In this document: piece after piece, positions 12,899 through 24,540 of the stretch | How the letters are laid out: each line of letters opens with the position of its first letter | How positions within the stretch are numbered: the stretch's first letter is position 1 | NCBI RefSeq assembly: GCF_036971445.1 | Contig: NC_091482.1 | Span: 24,180,001-24,244,000 of the forward strand | Direction of reading: 5' to 3' | DNA from: Narcine bancroftii | Taxonomy: Eukaryota | DNA: 64,000 nucleotides | Notes under the pieces: model-generated | The model's database searches: none | Told to the model about the DNA's origin: nothing | What the model saw: the letters and a program-made list of their open reading frames with translations, nothing else | Position numbers and translations under genes: made by a program

Positions 12899-13280
12899 GC
12901 GAGCTCTGTCCAGCGACTGCTCCCAAGCTCCAGGGACGTCAACCACGCGCTGACGCAATTCCCCACCCCAGGGAGCTCACGATGCGCGCTGACGTGTGAC
13001 AGGAGCCCCGCCTCCTCGCCGCAGCGTGCTGACGCCGCAGTGCCACGCGTACTGACGTGGCCGCGCTGCCGGGGTGAATGGAGCCGCTCGCTGTTCTGGC
13101 CCTCTCCCTGTTCCTCGGGGCGCTCATCTCGCTCATCTCGCTGGTGGTGAGCGTGTCGCGGAAGGCCCCGCCGCAGCAGAGTGACGGTAAGGAGCAGGAC
13201 GGCCAACTGAGCTGCGGTGGTGGGCGGCCGAGGCCTTGGACGGGGCGGGACGTCAGCGTCCTCCCTTCTGCCTGGTCTGG
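12899..13280 (+). promoter_or_regulatory. CpG-rich TBL2 promoter/exon 1 region with bZIP (UPRE/CRE/C-EBP-ATF-like) motifs and GC boxes
   Basis: Locally high GC and CpG. TGACGCAAT 12951-12959, TGACGTGT 12990-12997, GC box CCCCGCC 13006-13012, TGACGTGGC 13053-13061, GGGGCGGG followed by ACGTCA 13242-13255. Confidence 0.7.
13078..13186 (+). CDS. TBL2: TBL2 coding exon 1 (N-terminal hydrophobic membrane anchor)
   Basis: ATG at 13078 in a CpG-rich region encodes MEPLAVLALSLFLGALISLISLVVSVSRKAPPQQSD (hydrophobic stretch). Donor G|GTAAG at 13186/13187, phase 1, matching exon 2. Confidence 0.85.
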
Positions 13281-13389
13281 GTCACAGCCCCAAGTGGGTA
13301 CGTCCCACTCTTAAAGGGGCTCCTTTGGACTGGGTGAAGCCGTCATAGGGTTAGCCCCTGCTAAATCCGCCCGCATTAATCACCAGTCC

Positions 13390-13855
13390 TTTATCTTGAA
13401 GTAAAAACAGTCCTGGAGAAACTCAGCAGGTACTTTATGCAGCAAAGACATAACTAACATTTCGGGCTCAAGGAGTGGGAAAATGTGGACAGGCGTCCGA
13501 ACAAACAGGTAAAGGGGGGGGGGGGTGAGGAGCACGGTCCCAAAGGCAGTAGGTAATAGGTGGAGAAGGGAGCAGCAAACGGTGGGGGTGAGGGATTGTT
13601 AGGTGAATTGAGTGGGTAGGGGGTGGAGAGCTGAGGGCAAGCAGTAAAGGGCAAAGGGATGGAGAGTGGGTTAGCAGAAACCAGAGAATCTGAGTTGGAG
13701 AGTGTGCCCAGGGGGAAAATTCCTCCAATTTGCAGGTGGTCTTGGTGGGATAAGTGCACGAGTTTGGGAGTGGGTTGCAGACCTGAAATGGTTGGCCACT
13801 GGGAGATCCCTGTCACTGATGCGGGCAGAGCGTCGGTGATCGGGAATCGCCCAGT
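13390..13855 (-). mobile_element. Penelope-like 3' fragment
   Basis: Shares ctggagaaactcagcagg and tttcgggctcaagg terminal motifs and layout with the Penelope copy at 26045. Confidence 0.6.
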
Positions 13856-14032
13856 CCTTTGCTTTGCTTGTTCAGGTATGCATGCAGATGCCTCTGAAAT
13901 ATCGTTTCCAGATAAATGAGCTAAGTCTGGTCAGATCGTCCAGATCTTGCACAACGCTTTCAAAGTAGCACCAAGTATGGAGGCGCTTCACAGGAACACT
14001 CGCACACAGAACTTGATACCAACACCCCTACT

Positions 14033-14602
14033 CTCCGCCTCCATCCTCTGACCTCCCCAACCCTCCACCTCCCTCCTCTGACCTCCCCAACCCTCCACCT
14101 CCCTCCTCTGACCTCCCCAACCCTCCACCTCCCTCCTCTGACCTCCCCAACCCTCCACCTCCCTCCTCTGACCTCCCCAACCCTCCACCTCCCTCCTCTG
14201 ACCTCCCCAACCCTCCACCTCCCTCCTCTGACCTCCCCAACCCTCCACCTCCCTCCTCTGACCTCCCCAACCCTCCACCTCCCTCCTCTGACCTCCCCAA
14301 CCCTCCACCTCCCTCCTCTGACCTCCCCAACCCTCCACCTCCCTCCTCTGACCTCCCCAACCCTCCACCCCCCTCCTCTGACCTCCCCAACCCTCCACCT
14401 CCCTCCTCTGACCTCCCCAACCCTCCACCTCCCTCCTCTGACCTCTCCAACCCTCCACCTCCCTCCTCTGACCTCCCCAACCCTCCACCTCCCTCCTCTG
14501 ACCTCCCCAACCCTCCACCTCCCTCCTCTGACCTCCCCAACCCTCCACCTCCCTCCTCTGTCCTCCCCAACCCTCCACCTCCCTCCTCTGACCTCCCCAA
14601 CC
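14033..14602. repeat. 30-bp C-rich minisatellite, about 19 copies, TBL2 intron 1
   Basis: Unit CTCCACCTCCCTCCTCTGACCTCCCCAACC; copies nearly identical. Confidence 0.98.
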
Positions 14603-14689
14603 TTTCATCGACCCTTTGATCCTCCTAACCCTCCTCCTCCACTCTCTGGTTCCCCCAACCACCCCCCCCCCCACCACCTCCACCCTCTG

Positions 14690-15088
14690 TTTAACACTCC
14701 AACTTTCCCCAAATTCCTCCACCACACTGACTCCCAAATACTCTGACCCCTACTTGGCCATTACTATCCCCTGACTTTTCCCTTCGTCCCGCCTTGCCTT
14801 TGTCCCGCTCTGCCCACGTCTTAATGAGTTCTGTGCATGCCGCGAGGCCAAACTCTTCTTCCATTGCCTCCTTCTTCAGGCCTACTTCCACAACCTTAAT
14901 TTTCCACCCCGCCCACTCAAAACCACTCCTGCTTTAAGCCTTTCCACTTGGACACCTCCTTCTGGCCAGCTGCCCACTGTGGATCATTTTAGTTCCAATT
15001 GCTGCTGAGACATTAACTGTCTCGATTTCACTCCCCTCTCTTATTCTAATCTCACCTCCTCTGAATGTTCTGCCCTCCACTCACTCAT
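14690..15088 (+). mobile_element. Penelope-like ORF fragment, decayed
   Basis: Resembles the region upstream of Penelope RT (LFFHCLLLQAYF..., SNC..DIN.LDF, SNLTSSECSALHSL). Confidence 0.5.
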
Positions 15089-15089
15089 A

Positions 15090-16245
15090 CATCAGAATGC
15101 TCTTTATCAACTATAGTTTGGCATTTAACATTATCATTTCCTCAAAACTGACCAGCAAACTCAAAGACTTAGAAGTTAACACCCCACTGCATAATTGGAT
15201 CATGATTTCCTCTATTCTAGACCACAATCAGTGAAGATTGAGAAGAACTTCTCCACAATCTCCATCAGTTTCAGTGCACCACAGGACTGTGTTCTTAGCC
15301 CTCTGCTCTATTTACTTTATTCCTATAACTGTGTAACTCGGTACAACAATAACACCATCTTCAAATTTGCTGACAATACCAAAGTGGGTTGTATAAAGGG
15401 AAGTGGATGAGTCAGTATACAGAATGGAGATTGAAAACATGGCTGAATGGTGCACCAACAACAGCCATGTATGCAATGTCACCAAAACTAAGGAGCTGAT
15501 TGTTGACTTCAGGAAAGGAAAGCCAATCCAGTGATCAATGGGGAATCAGAGGTGGAGAGGGTGAGCAAATTTAGGTTCTTGAGAGTCACTATCTCAGAGG
15601 ATCTTTCCTGGACCCAACATACCAATTGCATCGTGAAGAAAGCACGTTGGTGCCTCTACTTCCTCAGGAGTTTGCCGAGGTTTGATGACACCAGAAACCC
15701 TGGCAAATTTCTACAGAGATGTGGTGGAAAGTGTGCTGACCAGCTGCGTCACGGTCTGTTATGGGAATGCCAATACATTGAGTGTAAAGTCCTCCAAAAG
15801 GTAGTGGATACTGCCTAGGACATGGGCTAAACCCTCCCCATTATTGAGTAAACCTTCAGGGGACGCTGCTGTCAGAGGGCAGCAGCAATCATCAAAGACC
15901 CACACCACCTAGCACACGCTCTGTTCTCGCCACTGCCATCAAGAAAGAGGTATCGGTGCACCGTGCACCGCCAGATTCAGGAACAGTTGCTACCCCATCC
16001 TCAACGACAAAGTCAATCTGAGACTCATTTAAGGACTCTTGTGGACTTTATTGATTGATATTCTTTGTTCTCTCTGTCTTGCACAGTCAGTTTGATTACA
16101 TTTGTTATCTGTTTGTTCTATTTGATTACATTTTTACGCTGTGTACAGTTTATTTTTGCACTACTGATTTATGGTAATTCTACTACATCCTCAGGAAAAA
16201 GGAATCTCAGGGTTGTTTGTTCCCTGATAATAAATCTGAATCTTC
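15090..16245 (+). mobile_element. Rex/Babar-clade LINE RT and 3' end, decayed
   Basis: RMLFINYSLAFN, RPQSVKI, APQDCVLSPLLYLLYS, IFKFADNT, VERVSKFRFLRVTISEDLSW. Tail aataaatctgaatct. Confidence 0.85.
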
Positions 16246-17119
16246 AAAAAAAAAACGAATGTACCTTGATGAAGGGCTCGAGCCTGAAATGTTGGTTCTG
16301 TATCTTTACTTTTGCTACCTGAAGTGCACTTTTGACCTGCTGAGTTTCTCCAGCATTGCGTTTTTACTTCAATCATAGTGTCTGCACCAAAGAAGTTGCT
16401 ATTTGGCATTAGACCAAAATGTCCATGGTGTGCCCAAATGGATGGAAACATTGAGAGGTAGGAATGTAATGTAATTGAAGGTCCATTACTTTCGAGGCAG
16501 ATACTCCCAATTCCCTAACCTGGGGTAACATTTTCCCTGGTGGACGTATCATTTCAACCCAATTAGGATCTTGTGCATTTCAATGTGGCCGTCTCTCTCT
16601 TTTAAAAAAAAATTAGTGAAAAGTTCTGTCTTGCTCAGCCTGTCTGCGAGTGACTGATCTGCTATCTAAGGAAATAATTTGGTGCTTGATCAGGTGGACT
16701 CTCAATTTAGAAAGAGTGGAGGAAATGAAAGGTTTTGGTGAAAACTGTGTGTTCCTTTTGTAGATTTGGAAACTGGTGTGTTAATTTTGAATAATGGTGC
16801 AGTTGTATCTTCCAATGGTTATGGAGAGGTCCTAACAATCAACCAGGGTTGCTTCCTTGAATGACTCCTGCTGCTTTTAGACTTGAGCAGATCTTTGTTT
16901 TTACAAATGGCCTTTGCCCTAATCTAGAATTTTCTCTGCTAATCTACCTTTTCCACAACTATGTTGAATAGAATTATAATTGTTAACACTAGAATGCCCC
17001 TTTGAAACTCACTTTGTTTGGCCTTCGGTCTGATTCTCTTGTCCACTGGCTGAAGTATTAAGAATTCTCTATAACTTCTGCATGTTTTTCACTGAGGTAG
17101 TAAGAAGTAGGAGGAAAAG

Positions 17120-17330
17120 GTTAGGGCGAAGCCTTAACAGTGTCTGCCATCGGGACTGGACCAGGATTCAAATCCTGCACTGTCAGAAGTTTGTACGTTC
17201 TCCCCATGTCTGCGTGGGTTTTCTCCCACCGTTCAAATAACATACTGGGGATGTAAGTAATGGGCTATAAATTGGGCGGCATGGGCTCATAGGCCGAAAT
17301 TATGCTGTATATCTAAATTAAAATTTAAAA
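17120..17330 (+). mobile_element. tRNA-derived V-SINE (HE1-like)
   Basis: B-box-like ggattcaaatcc followed by the V-domain gtttgtacgttctccccatgtctgcgtgggttttctcc; AT-rich tail. Confidence 0.75.
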
Positions 17331-17809
17331 AAAAACACTTGGGGCATCAAATCTAGAACCCCTCCCCCACAGATTTCAAAGAACATGTAAAGGGCAAAAC
17401 ATGTCAGATACAGGTAACTTGTTCAAGCAGAAGGGTATGGAAAGCCCAGAGGTAAAAATAAAAAGAGTATTAATGTAGAAAGGAGAGGGTATGAGCAAGA
17501 AAAAATAAACGTATATATAGAAAAAATGTGTAGGTGGTAAAAGGGATAGAAAAGTGAACACTGGAGTGGGGTGGAAATAAATATGATCCAAAAAAAATTG
17601 CTGCATTTTTGTATGAATGAAGGATGATGCTCAAGCTGCAGTTAAGTAGTGTGGTTTTTGACCTTTTATATTTATTTTTCTATTCCTCATGCCTTGCATG
17701 TTAATTATGCTTAAATTGATGTTAGAGTGTATTTATTATATACCTAGGAACCTGCAACAAATAAGGCTTTCATTGCGTCTGTACATTAGGGTGATTAGGT
17801 CTGTCACTG

Positions 17810-18045
17810 GGCAACACGGTTAGTGCAATGCTGTACGGCGCCAGTGATTGGCATCGGGGTTCAAATTCTTCACTGTCTGTAAGGACATTCTCCCCTTTTC
17901 TGCATAGGTTTTCACTGAGGGCTCCGGTTTCCTCCCAGATTCGAAACGTACCAGGGATTGTTAGATACTTGGGAGTAATTGGGCATCATGGGCTCGTTGA
18001 CCGAAATGGCCTGTTGCTGTGCTGTATGTTTAAATTTAATTTTAA
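17810..18045 (+). mobile_element. tRNA-derived V-SINE (HE1-like)
   Basis: ggggttcaaattc B-box, ctccggtttcctccc V-domain, tail gctgtatgtttaaattt. Confidence 0.75.
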
Positions 18046-18640
18046 AAATTATACTTGCGCTTGTGGCAAGAAATTCTTCATTCATTCATAAAAATGTGAG
18101 AGGGATGAATTATCCATAGGTGAAGAACTTTTGAATGTAGATAAATCACTTGATTCTTATGAAGTGTATCTCAAGAAACTAGCAAAGAAATAGTAAGGGC
18201 TTCCTGCTCTCAGCCCTGTGGATCCACTTCAGAATCTATTTCCTGAAACAGGAATCTGAAGATAACTTCTTGCATCCGTGTTGGGACAAATTCGAAGCTC
18301 TGTCCTGGAGCTTCCACATGACAAAGGACATTCTTGCAACCTACCAGAAGTCGATGTTTTTTTTCCTAGATTGGGATAAAGCTCACCATTCAGTTTTAGG
18401 TATTTATGTTGTACTCATTTCCCTCCTACTGCTTGTGCTCCATTGAAATCTGGGGTTTGATCTGCTTTACCATCTCTTTAACTAATTAGTTTATCTTATA
18501 ATTTATTCAGAAATGTTTGGTATTGATATATTTCACATGCTACACTAAAGTATTTCAAATACCAAACAGTCACAACCTGCGGTAGTGCCTGCCTTTGGTA
18601 AACTTATGCCTCTCATTTTGTTGTTTTAGATTGGTCCCAG

Positions 18641-19308
18641 TGTTTGAGCTACCAAAAGAAAATAGACACACACACCGAGAGCAGTTCATTTTATACAAAT
18701 GTTTATTACAAATTCAAAAGCTGATTTCAAACTACAATATGCAAGCCCTTCCCAACTATACTTATCAACGCCTGGACTGGTCCTAACTGCCGAAGCGAGG
18801 CAACGACTGCACACTTGCAGTAGGTTGTCAGGGCGCCGGTAGCAGCTTCTCCACCTCCCCTGACCGGGACGTTGGCTGGACTCTAGAAGTTCTTCTTGCT
18901 GAGAGATGTTGCCACCTCTCGGAGAGTCTCAAACTTCAGCAGGGGGACCATGGCTTATATTACCCAAAAACTGCTTACCCAAGCACCTATTCCCAGCACA
19001 GCAAGAAAGATAAGCGAGCAAGCTAGCATGCCTAGGCTTCTATCGAATAACATAATTTTCAGCTTATCAATTTGAATACAATGGTTTATTTTGCATCAAG
19101 GCTAGGCCTCTGACAGTCTGTGACCAAAACAAGCAGGAAGAGTAAATGTTCCTGGTACACAGATGTCCTTTCGTCAGATAACAGCATCTCTGGTCCCTCG
19201 GAGGAATTTAGCTTATGTCTGCTGATTCTAAAAACAAGCAGGTTCTCAGCCTTGCAGAAGCAAAGGGTGCAAAAGTAAAAAACAACACAGTTAGAATCTT
19301 CCATTACA
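18641..19308 (-). mobile_element. Candidate retroviral-type solo LTR, antisense in TBL2 intron 1
   Basis: About 670 bp with TG...CA termini. On the minus strand: TATA-like AATATAAG near 18955-18962, then AATAAA near 18702-18707, then the end. Internal short direct repeats (aaaacaagcagg twice). Target-site duplication ambiguous. Confidence 0.5.
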
Positions 19309-20180
19309 GTGCCCAGATTTTTTTGGAAATGGTGCAGATTCTCTCTTCGTGCCCTTTTTCCTGCCAGCTTTGTTGCTACTGCTGGTCCTATCAGTCCTCT
19401 CAGCTGTTAGGATTTCCCCTACACTCATGACTGCTGTGTATCCTTGCACCTGGCTCTCAAAGTCAGTGGTTTTTCTCAGACGTGCTTTGTCTCTTCTGTT
19501 TAATTTGCTTAACGCCCATCCTTTGATTGGTCTTGCTAATTAAATTTTTAAATTTTGCTATATGATGAAAATGCAGATTATAACTAAGTTTGCTTTACTT
19601 TAAAAATTCAACCATGTTTTTGGAAAAGATAACTTTTCAGACTTCTCCCTAATTTATAGTAAGTTTGAATTACATATAATATAAAACAAACATGCTTTCT
19701 CCCTTCAATGAATCTTTCAACTAAGCTTTTGAAGTTGTCCTTTAAATTTGTCAAATACTTCGTAAATTCACCAAGAACGTATGATTAAAATTTGAAGAAG
19801 AAGCATAATATCTATTTGTAATCTTAAATGCCGTTGATGCAGAGAAATTTTGCATATTTTCTGTATATCCTGACAGCTAAAGATGCCATTGCAAAGGGGA
19901 AAGAAAACAATAAATTCCAGGCCCAGAGTCTGAGGAAATGCCAAGGCCCTAGGAATTTGTGATGAGAGGATTGTGGTAGTGTATGTGTTACTAAGCTGTG
20001 TTAAAGATGGTTTCGTCCTCTGTTTTGAGAAAATTGTGCTTTTAATCATTCATGTGTGAAATGTGATGTAGTGTCTTTGAATGTGCTTACATTGGGGTTG
20101 CTGAACACCACTCTCGGTAGCTCTTTAATTGAACTGTAATAAAAGACCGGAGAATTGAAGTTTCTGTAATTTTATTTCAG

Positions 20181-20311
20181 AACACAGTAAAGTCAGTAAT
20201 GGTGTTAATGAGAAAAATGTGGCATCAAAGAAGCAAAAGCTGCTACGTTCACGCAAAGAAAAAATTCAACAGCATGTGTTTACTCACCCATTGTTGGCCG
20301 CTTCGCTGAAG
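20181..20311 (+). CDS. TBL2: TBL2 coding exon 2
   Basis: Acceptor ttttatttcag|. Encodes ...KKQKLLRSRKEKIQQHVFTHPLLAASLK, matching the vertebrate TBL2 RKEKPQQHNFTHRLLAAALK motif. Donor AAG|GTAAGG, phase 0. Confidence 0.93.
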
Positions 20312-20719
20312 GTAAGGAACTTTGAAGTTGTATAACACACCATTACCGAATTCACCAGAGGTCACGGTGATCACTGAGAATGGGAAGTTCACAACAAAAT
20401 CTGGATTATTACAGTGGTCCCCTTGAGAAAATAATTTAAAGGATTATCTAGATTCCAACCTTTTACATGCCTGAAAGTTGTTTTGGCACTCTGGACAATC
20501 TAACAAGTCGTGTTGCACAGGGCAGTTTGTAAGAATTAATAATCCAAAAGCAAGATGCTGAAATCTGCGACAGAACAGAAAATATCTGAAATATGAAGAC
20601 AGAAGTAGAGATAATGTTTCAAGTTGATTACATTGAATTTTATATTTTGATGTAATTGTTTAGGTCATTGCCTCTCTTCACATTTTGCAGAAGAGTTTAT
20701 GACTGGAAGCTTGCTAAGC

Positions 20720-21640
20720 CTCTGGATTTGCACACAGCATTCCAAGTGCAGCCAAACCAAAGTTTTATATGGCTGTAATATGACTTCCTTATATTTATCC
20801 TGAGTTCCCTGCCTGATTAAGGCAAGCATGCCACAAACATACTTGCTTGGGCCTTTCATTGATCTGGACCCGCCTGCTGTTAACTGTTTGCATTCCCATT
20901 ACATTTGAAGTGCAAAACCTTGCGCTTGTTCAGATTATACTCCATCTGCCATTTCTCTGCCCATATTTGTAACGTATCTGTATCCTATGTATTCCTGATT
21001 GTCCTTTATTAAACTGTCCACAACTCCACTGATCCTTCTATAATCAGCATACTGTACTTACTAACCTGTCCACCTACTTTTTTACCCAAGTCATTTACAT
21101 AGATCAAGCAACAGGGGATGCAACCCTGTTGCCTGAAACATCACTTGTCACAAACCTCCAGCCTGAATAACAGCCTTCCACCCCCATCCAGGCATCTTTA
21201 GGCCAGGCAGTTTTTTAACCAAGCTGTTCACTTCCCCTGGATCTCATGAATTTGCATTTTCTGAATCAGCCCACCATTATAAAACTTCTTAAGACTCTTG
21301 GTTATAATATGTATGTTCACACTATGACGCTGCCACAAAACACCAAATTTCATGACTTGTTCATGACAATAAATTCTGATTACCAATGTCCACAAAGATG
21401 GCATTCACTCGAACCATCTTTGTCACCACTTGAAAGAAAAACTAAGTTTGGTTATGTTGACTTCTTAATCTATGACTTTCAAAATGTGCATAAATCTTAT
21501 CCCTAACTATCCTTTCCACTAGCTTTCCAACCACCAATGTGAGCCTTACAGGCCCATAATTTCCTGGATTATCTTTTTTTCCCCATCTTGAAACAAAGAT
21601 ACAACATTAGCTACTTTCCAGTTCTCTGGGATCTCTGCTG
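20720..21640 (-). mobile_element. Decayed CR1 fragments
   Basis: Minus-strand ORF ...YKTLVWLHLECCVQ (RPHLEYC-like); CR1-like nucleotide tracts. Confidence 0.6.
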
Positions 21641-22137
21641 TCCAATCATGAAAATGCCCCAGCAATCTTAATGCTCTTGAAAAGACCCAGCACCACCTCT
21701 TTTTATTGGGGTGGGGGGGGGGAATAGTAATATGGAATGAATTGTACGCATGTTTTATTGTTTATATCTTGGGTAGAACTCCCCAGCATTAGTATTGTGT
21801 ATTTATAGACATCAAGATGGTTGCACATTCTATGACTGCTGGAGGCACTTTCTTAACATCAGGCATATTTTAGTTGACATAGTTTACAAGCAGGGAGATA
21901 AAACAATCGTAGTAATAGTTCCTTCAGTTTTGGAGTAGGTATTCTTGTCATTTGTTTGTCTGCTGAAACTTGCCCTAAAGATGAAATTTGACAAGGGTCT
22001 ATCATCTTTTCAAGCCAGTGAGTTTCAGACTCCTACAGCCACCTGGGTGAAATTATTTTTCCTCTTAATCCTACTTATTGAATCTGTTTTTTTTTCCCTT
22101 TTACCAATGAAAATTATCAACGTGCCTCTTAATTTTT

Positions 22138-22765
22138 CATATATACTCATGTAATAGTCAAGTTTTTGGGACCAATTTTTCGGGTCAAATTTTAGACAGA
22201 TACTAATTTTGACTGAGGTAAGTACCTGCGTCGTTCAAGACATGGGGAGCTCGGATGGCCAGGACTGGGTGGTAAGTCTGCAGTTGGAGTGTCGGGAGCA
22301 CAGATGGGCAGATGGCCGAGGCGTCGAGAGCTCGGATGGCAGTTGCGTCATCGGGAGCTCTAGTGGGCAGGCGGCCAAGGTGAGGATTTGCAATGGGGGT
22401 ATCGGGAGCTCTGGTGGGAAGGCAGTCAGGGTGTCGGGAGTTCGGATGGCCGGGCAGGTGGTCGGGGTATTGGGAGCTCAGAGGGATGGGTGGCTGAGGT
22501 GAGGGTTTGTGGTTGGGACGCTGGGAGCTCCGGTGGGCAGGCGGCCAGGGTGAAGGTTTATGGTCGGGGCATCAGATGCTCATATGGTCGGGCAGATAAA
22601 GCGTCGGGGTGTCAGAAGCTTGGATGGGTGGGTGGTCAGGGCCAAAAGTAGGGGGAAGTTGAGTTTTACATGGGATATATGAAAAATGCTCAATTTTGGG
22701 GGGCCAAAAAAAGGGAGGGGATCAACTTCTGCATGGGATTGATTACTACACGAGAATATACAGTA
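22138..22765. mobile_element. Non-autonomous Tc1/mariner (Tigger/pogo-like) DNA transposon
   Basis: Imperfect TIRs atatactcatgtaatagtcaa and ttgattactacacgagaatatacagta; GC-rich internally repetitive core. Confidence 0.6.
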
Positions 22766-23223
22766 TGTACTCTGATCAGGCCAACTCAGTTCTATTTCAA
22801 AGTAAGTAACTCTAGTTTGTCCAATAATTTCCCAGACACAATTTTTCCAATCTGGCAACATCTTTCTACCTCTCCAACACAATTTCATATTAGCTCTTCA
22901 AAGCAAAAATTAATGAATCAAATCATGAAATAATTAACTACTTTATTTCACTCTATCTTGAATATGCAGAAACTCACAGATTTCTGCATGTTGCAGATGC
23001 TGGAACCTGAACCAAACACAATCTGCTGGAGTAACTCAGTAGGTCAAGCAGCATCATTGCGAGAAAAGGACTGGTCAGTGTTACAAGCCAAAACCCTTTT
23101 AAAGAGTTTTGATTTGTAACAGGATTATTACCTTTTCTCCCACTAATGCTGCTTTAACTGTTGAACTCCTCTGGCAGATTGTGTTGAAATTTCAATCCAT
23201 ATACTTTCATGTTTGGGTGATTA

Positions 23224-23438
23224 TACGTATACCCCACTTTACAAAACTAGAGCGTTCCTCGAGGGTGGTAAGCTGAAATGGCATGAAGCGAAGACCCATT
23301 CACTACTATTGAAGATTATTTTCATAAAAGCGAAAACCCATTCAAAGCTCATTAAAATCCTTTCCTAAAAGCAAACACAGGTTTCTTCATAAAGGTGAGT
23401 TTCCATAAAACATAATTGTAAATTGGGGTACACCTGTA
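23224..23438. mobile_element. Short Tigger-like MITE
   Basis: TIRs tacgtataccccactttacaa and ttgtaaattggggtacacctgta. Confidence 0.65.
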
Positions 23439-23926
23439 TTTGAAAAGAAACAATTTTATAACGCCCACAAATATTTGTCTCAATAAAAAGAGTTTTTAAA
23501 TAAAGATCATTCAACATTTCCAACTGAACCATAAACGTCTTAACAATTCTGATGACCCTTGCAACCTTTGGTTTGAAAAGGTTAGGGTTTGTTTCCGTTA
23601 CAATTTGAACTCTTGTTGTTCACAGTTAGACAGCCTTTCCTTTTTATAATTGCCTTGCATTAACTCTGCAACATAATATGTGTATGGAAAGGTAGAAAAT
23701 GCTTATTATTTATAAATTGAGGAAACTTCATTAATCGTGCTGGTGTGTATTTTAACTGCTGACAATCAGAAGCAAACTTGCAGAATGAAATTAAAGCACT
23801 TTAAATATTGTGTTTTTCCAAATCCCTTTTGAATAGAAATGTTGTTTGCTGATTAAAAGTGAAAGGAAACATAAGTGAGGCATGCTTTATCTGGAAAAAA
23901 CTTGAGTTGTAATTTTTCTTTTCAAG

Positions 23927-24111
23927 GGCCACACTGGGAATGTTAGCTGCCTAGATTTTAGTAGCAATGGGAAGTACCTTGCGTCCTGTGCTGACGACCG
24001 TACAGTTCGGATTTGGAGTACAAAAGATTTTCTTGAACGTGACCACCGTTGTATGCGAGCTAATGTTGAACTTGACCATGCTACACATGTGTGCTTCAGC
24101 CCTGACTCAAG
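23927..24111 (+). CDS. TBL2: TBL2 coding exon 3 (WD40 repeats)
   Basis: Acceptor ttcaag|. GHTGNVSCLDFSSNGKYLASCADDRTVRIWSTKDFLERDHRCMRANVELDHATHVCFSPDS. Donor AG|GTAAAA, phase 2. Confidence 0.96.
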
Positions 24112-24540
24112 GTAAAATAGTGTATTAAAATATGTAAAGAAGGTGTTGGCATCTTGTTCTTTTCTCCTTGCTTAAGTTTGGGCATGTCTTTTAACATTTG
24201 TAGTTATGTGCCAAAGAAAAATATTATTCAAACTGTTCTGTGTGGATCATGTAGAATTGAACTTAGTTGGGTTAATTGTGACTTGGGGGAAATAACATTG
24301 GCAGTTTTCACTCAAATGTGCAATTGCCACCAGTTATAATCCTTCCTTGTTTGGTCATTCTTAGATAATGGTCTATTCACAGGGATGTGAAATGAGTTGC
24401 CATGCTTCCCTCCCCACAAGAAATATTGTCAATGCTAGACTGAAATTATGGAGTTTTGGATTGGGAAATTATATATGTAAACCTATGTTGGGATTCTGCA
24501 GTGTGTTAATGTAATTTTCTTTTTAATTCTGTCACTGAAG

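Noticed and set aside
10117-12999. 960-aa ORF (and overlapping 134-436 aa ORFs) of [25 protein letters not shown] repeats
   Set aside because: The consensus units lack + strand stop codons in all frames, so long ORFs are expected by construction. The ORF starts at a GTG inside an antisense LINE fragment, and the 28-bp units rotate the frame arbitrarily. No coding evidence.
13187-13314. Read-through of the 78-aa ORF beyond exon 1
   Set aside because: A strong GTAAG donor at 13187 splices in phase to exon 2; the remainder is intron.
13988-14737. 249-aa and 190-aa minus-strand ORFs (GWGGQRREVE / GGGGLGRSEE repeats)
   Set aside because: Translations of the 30-bp minisatellite.
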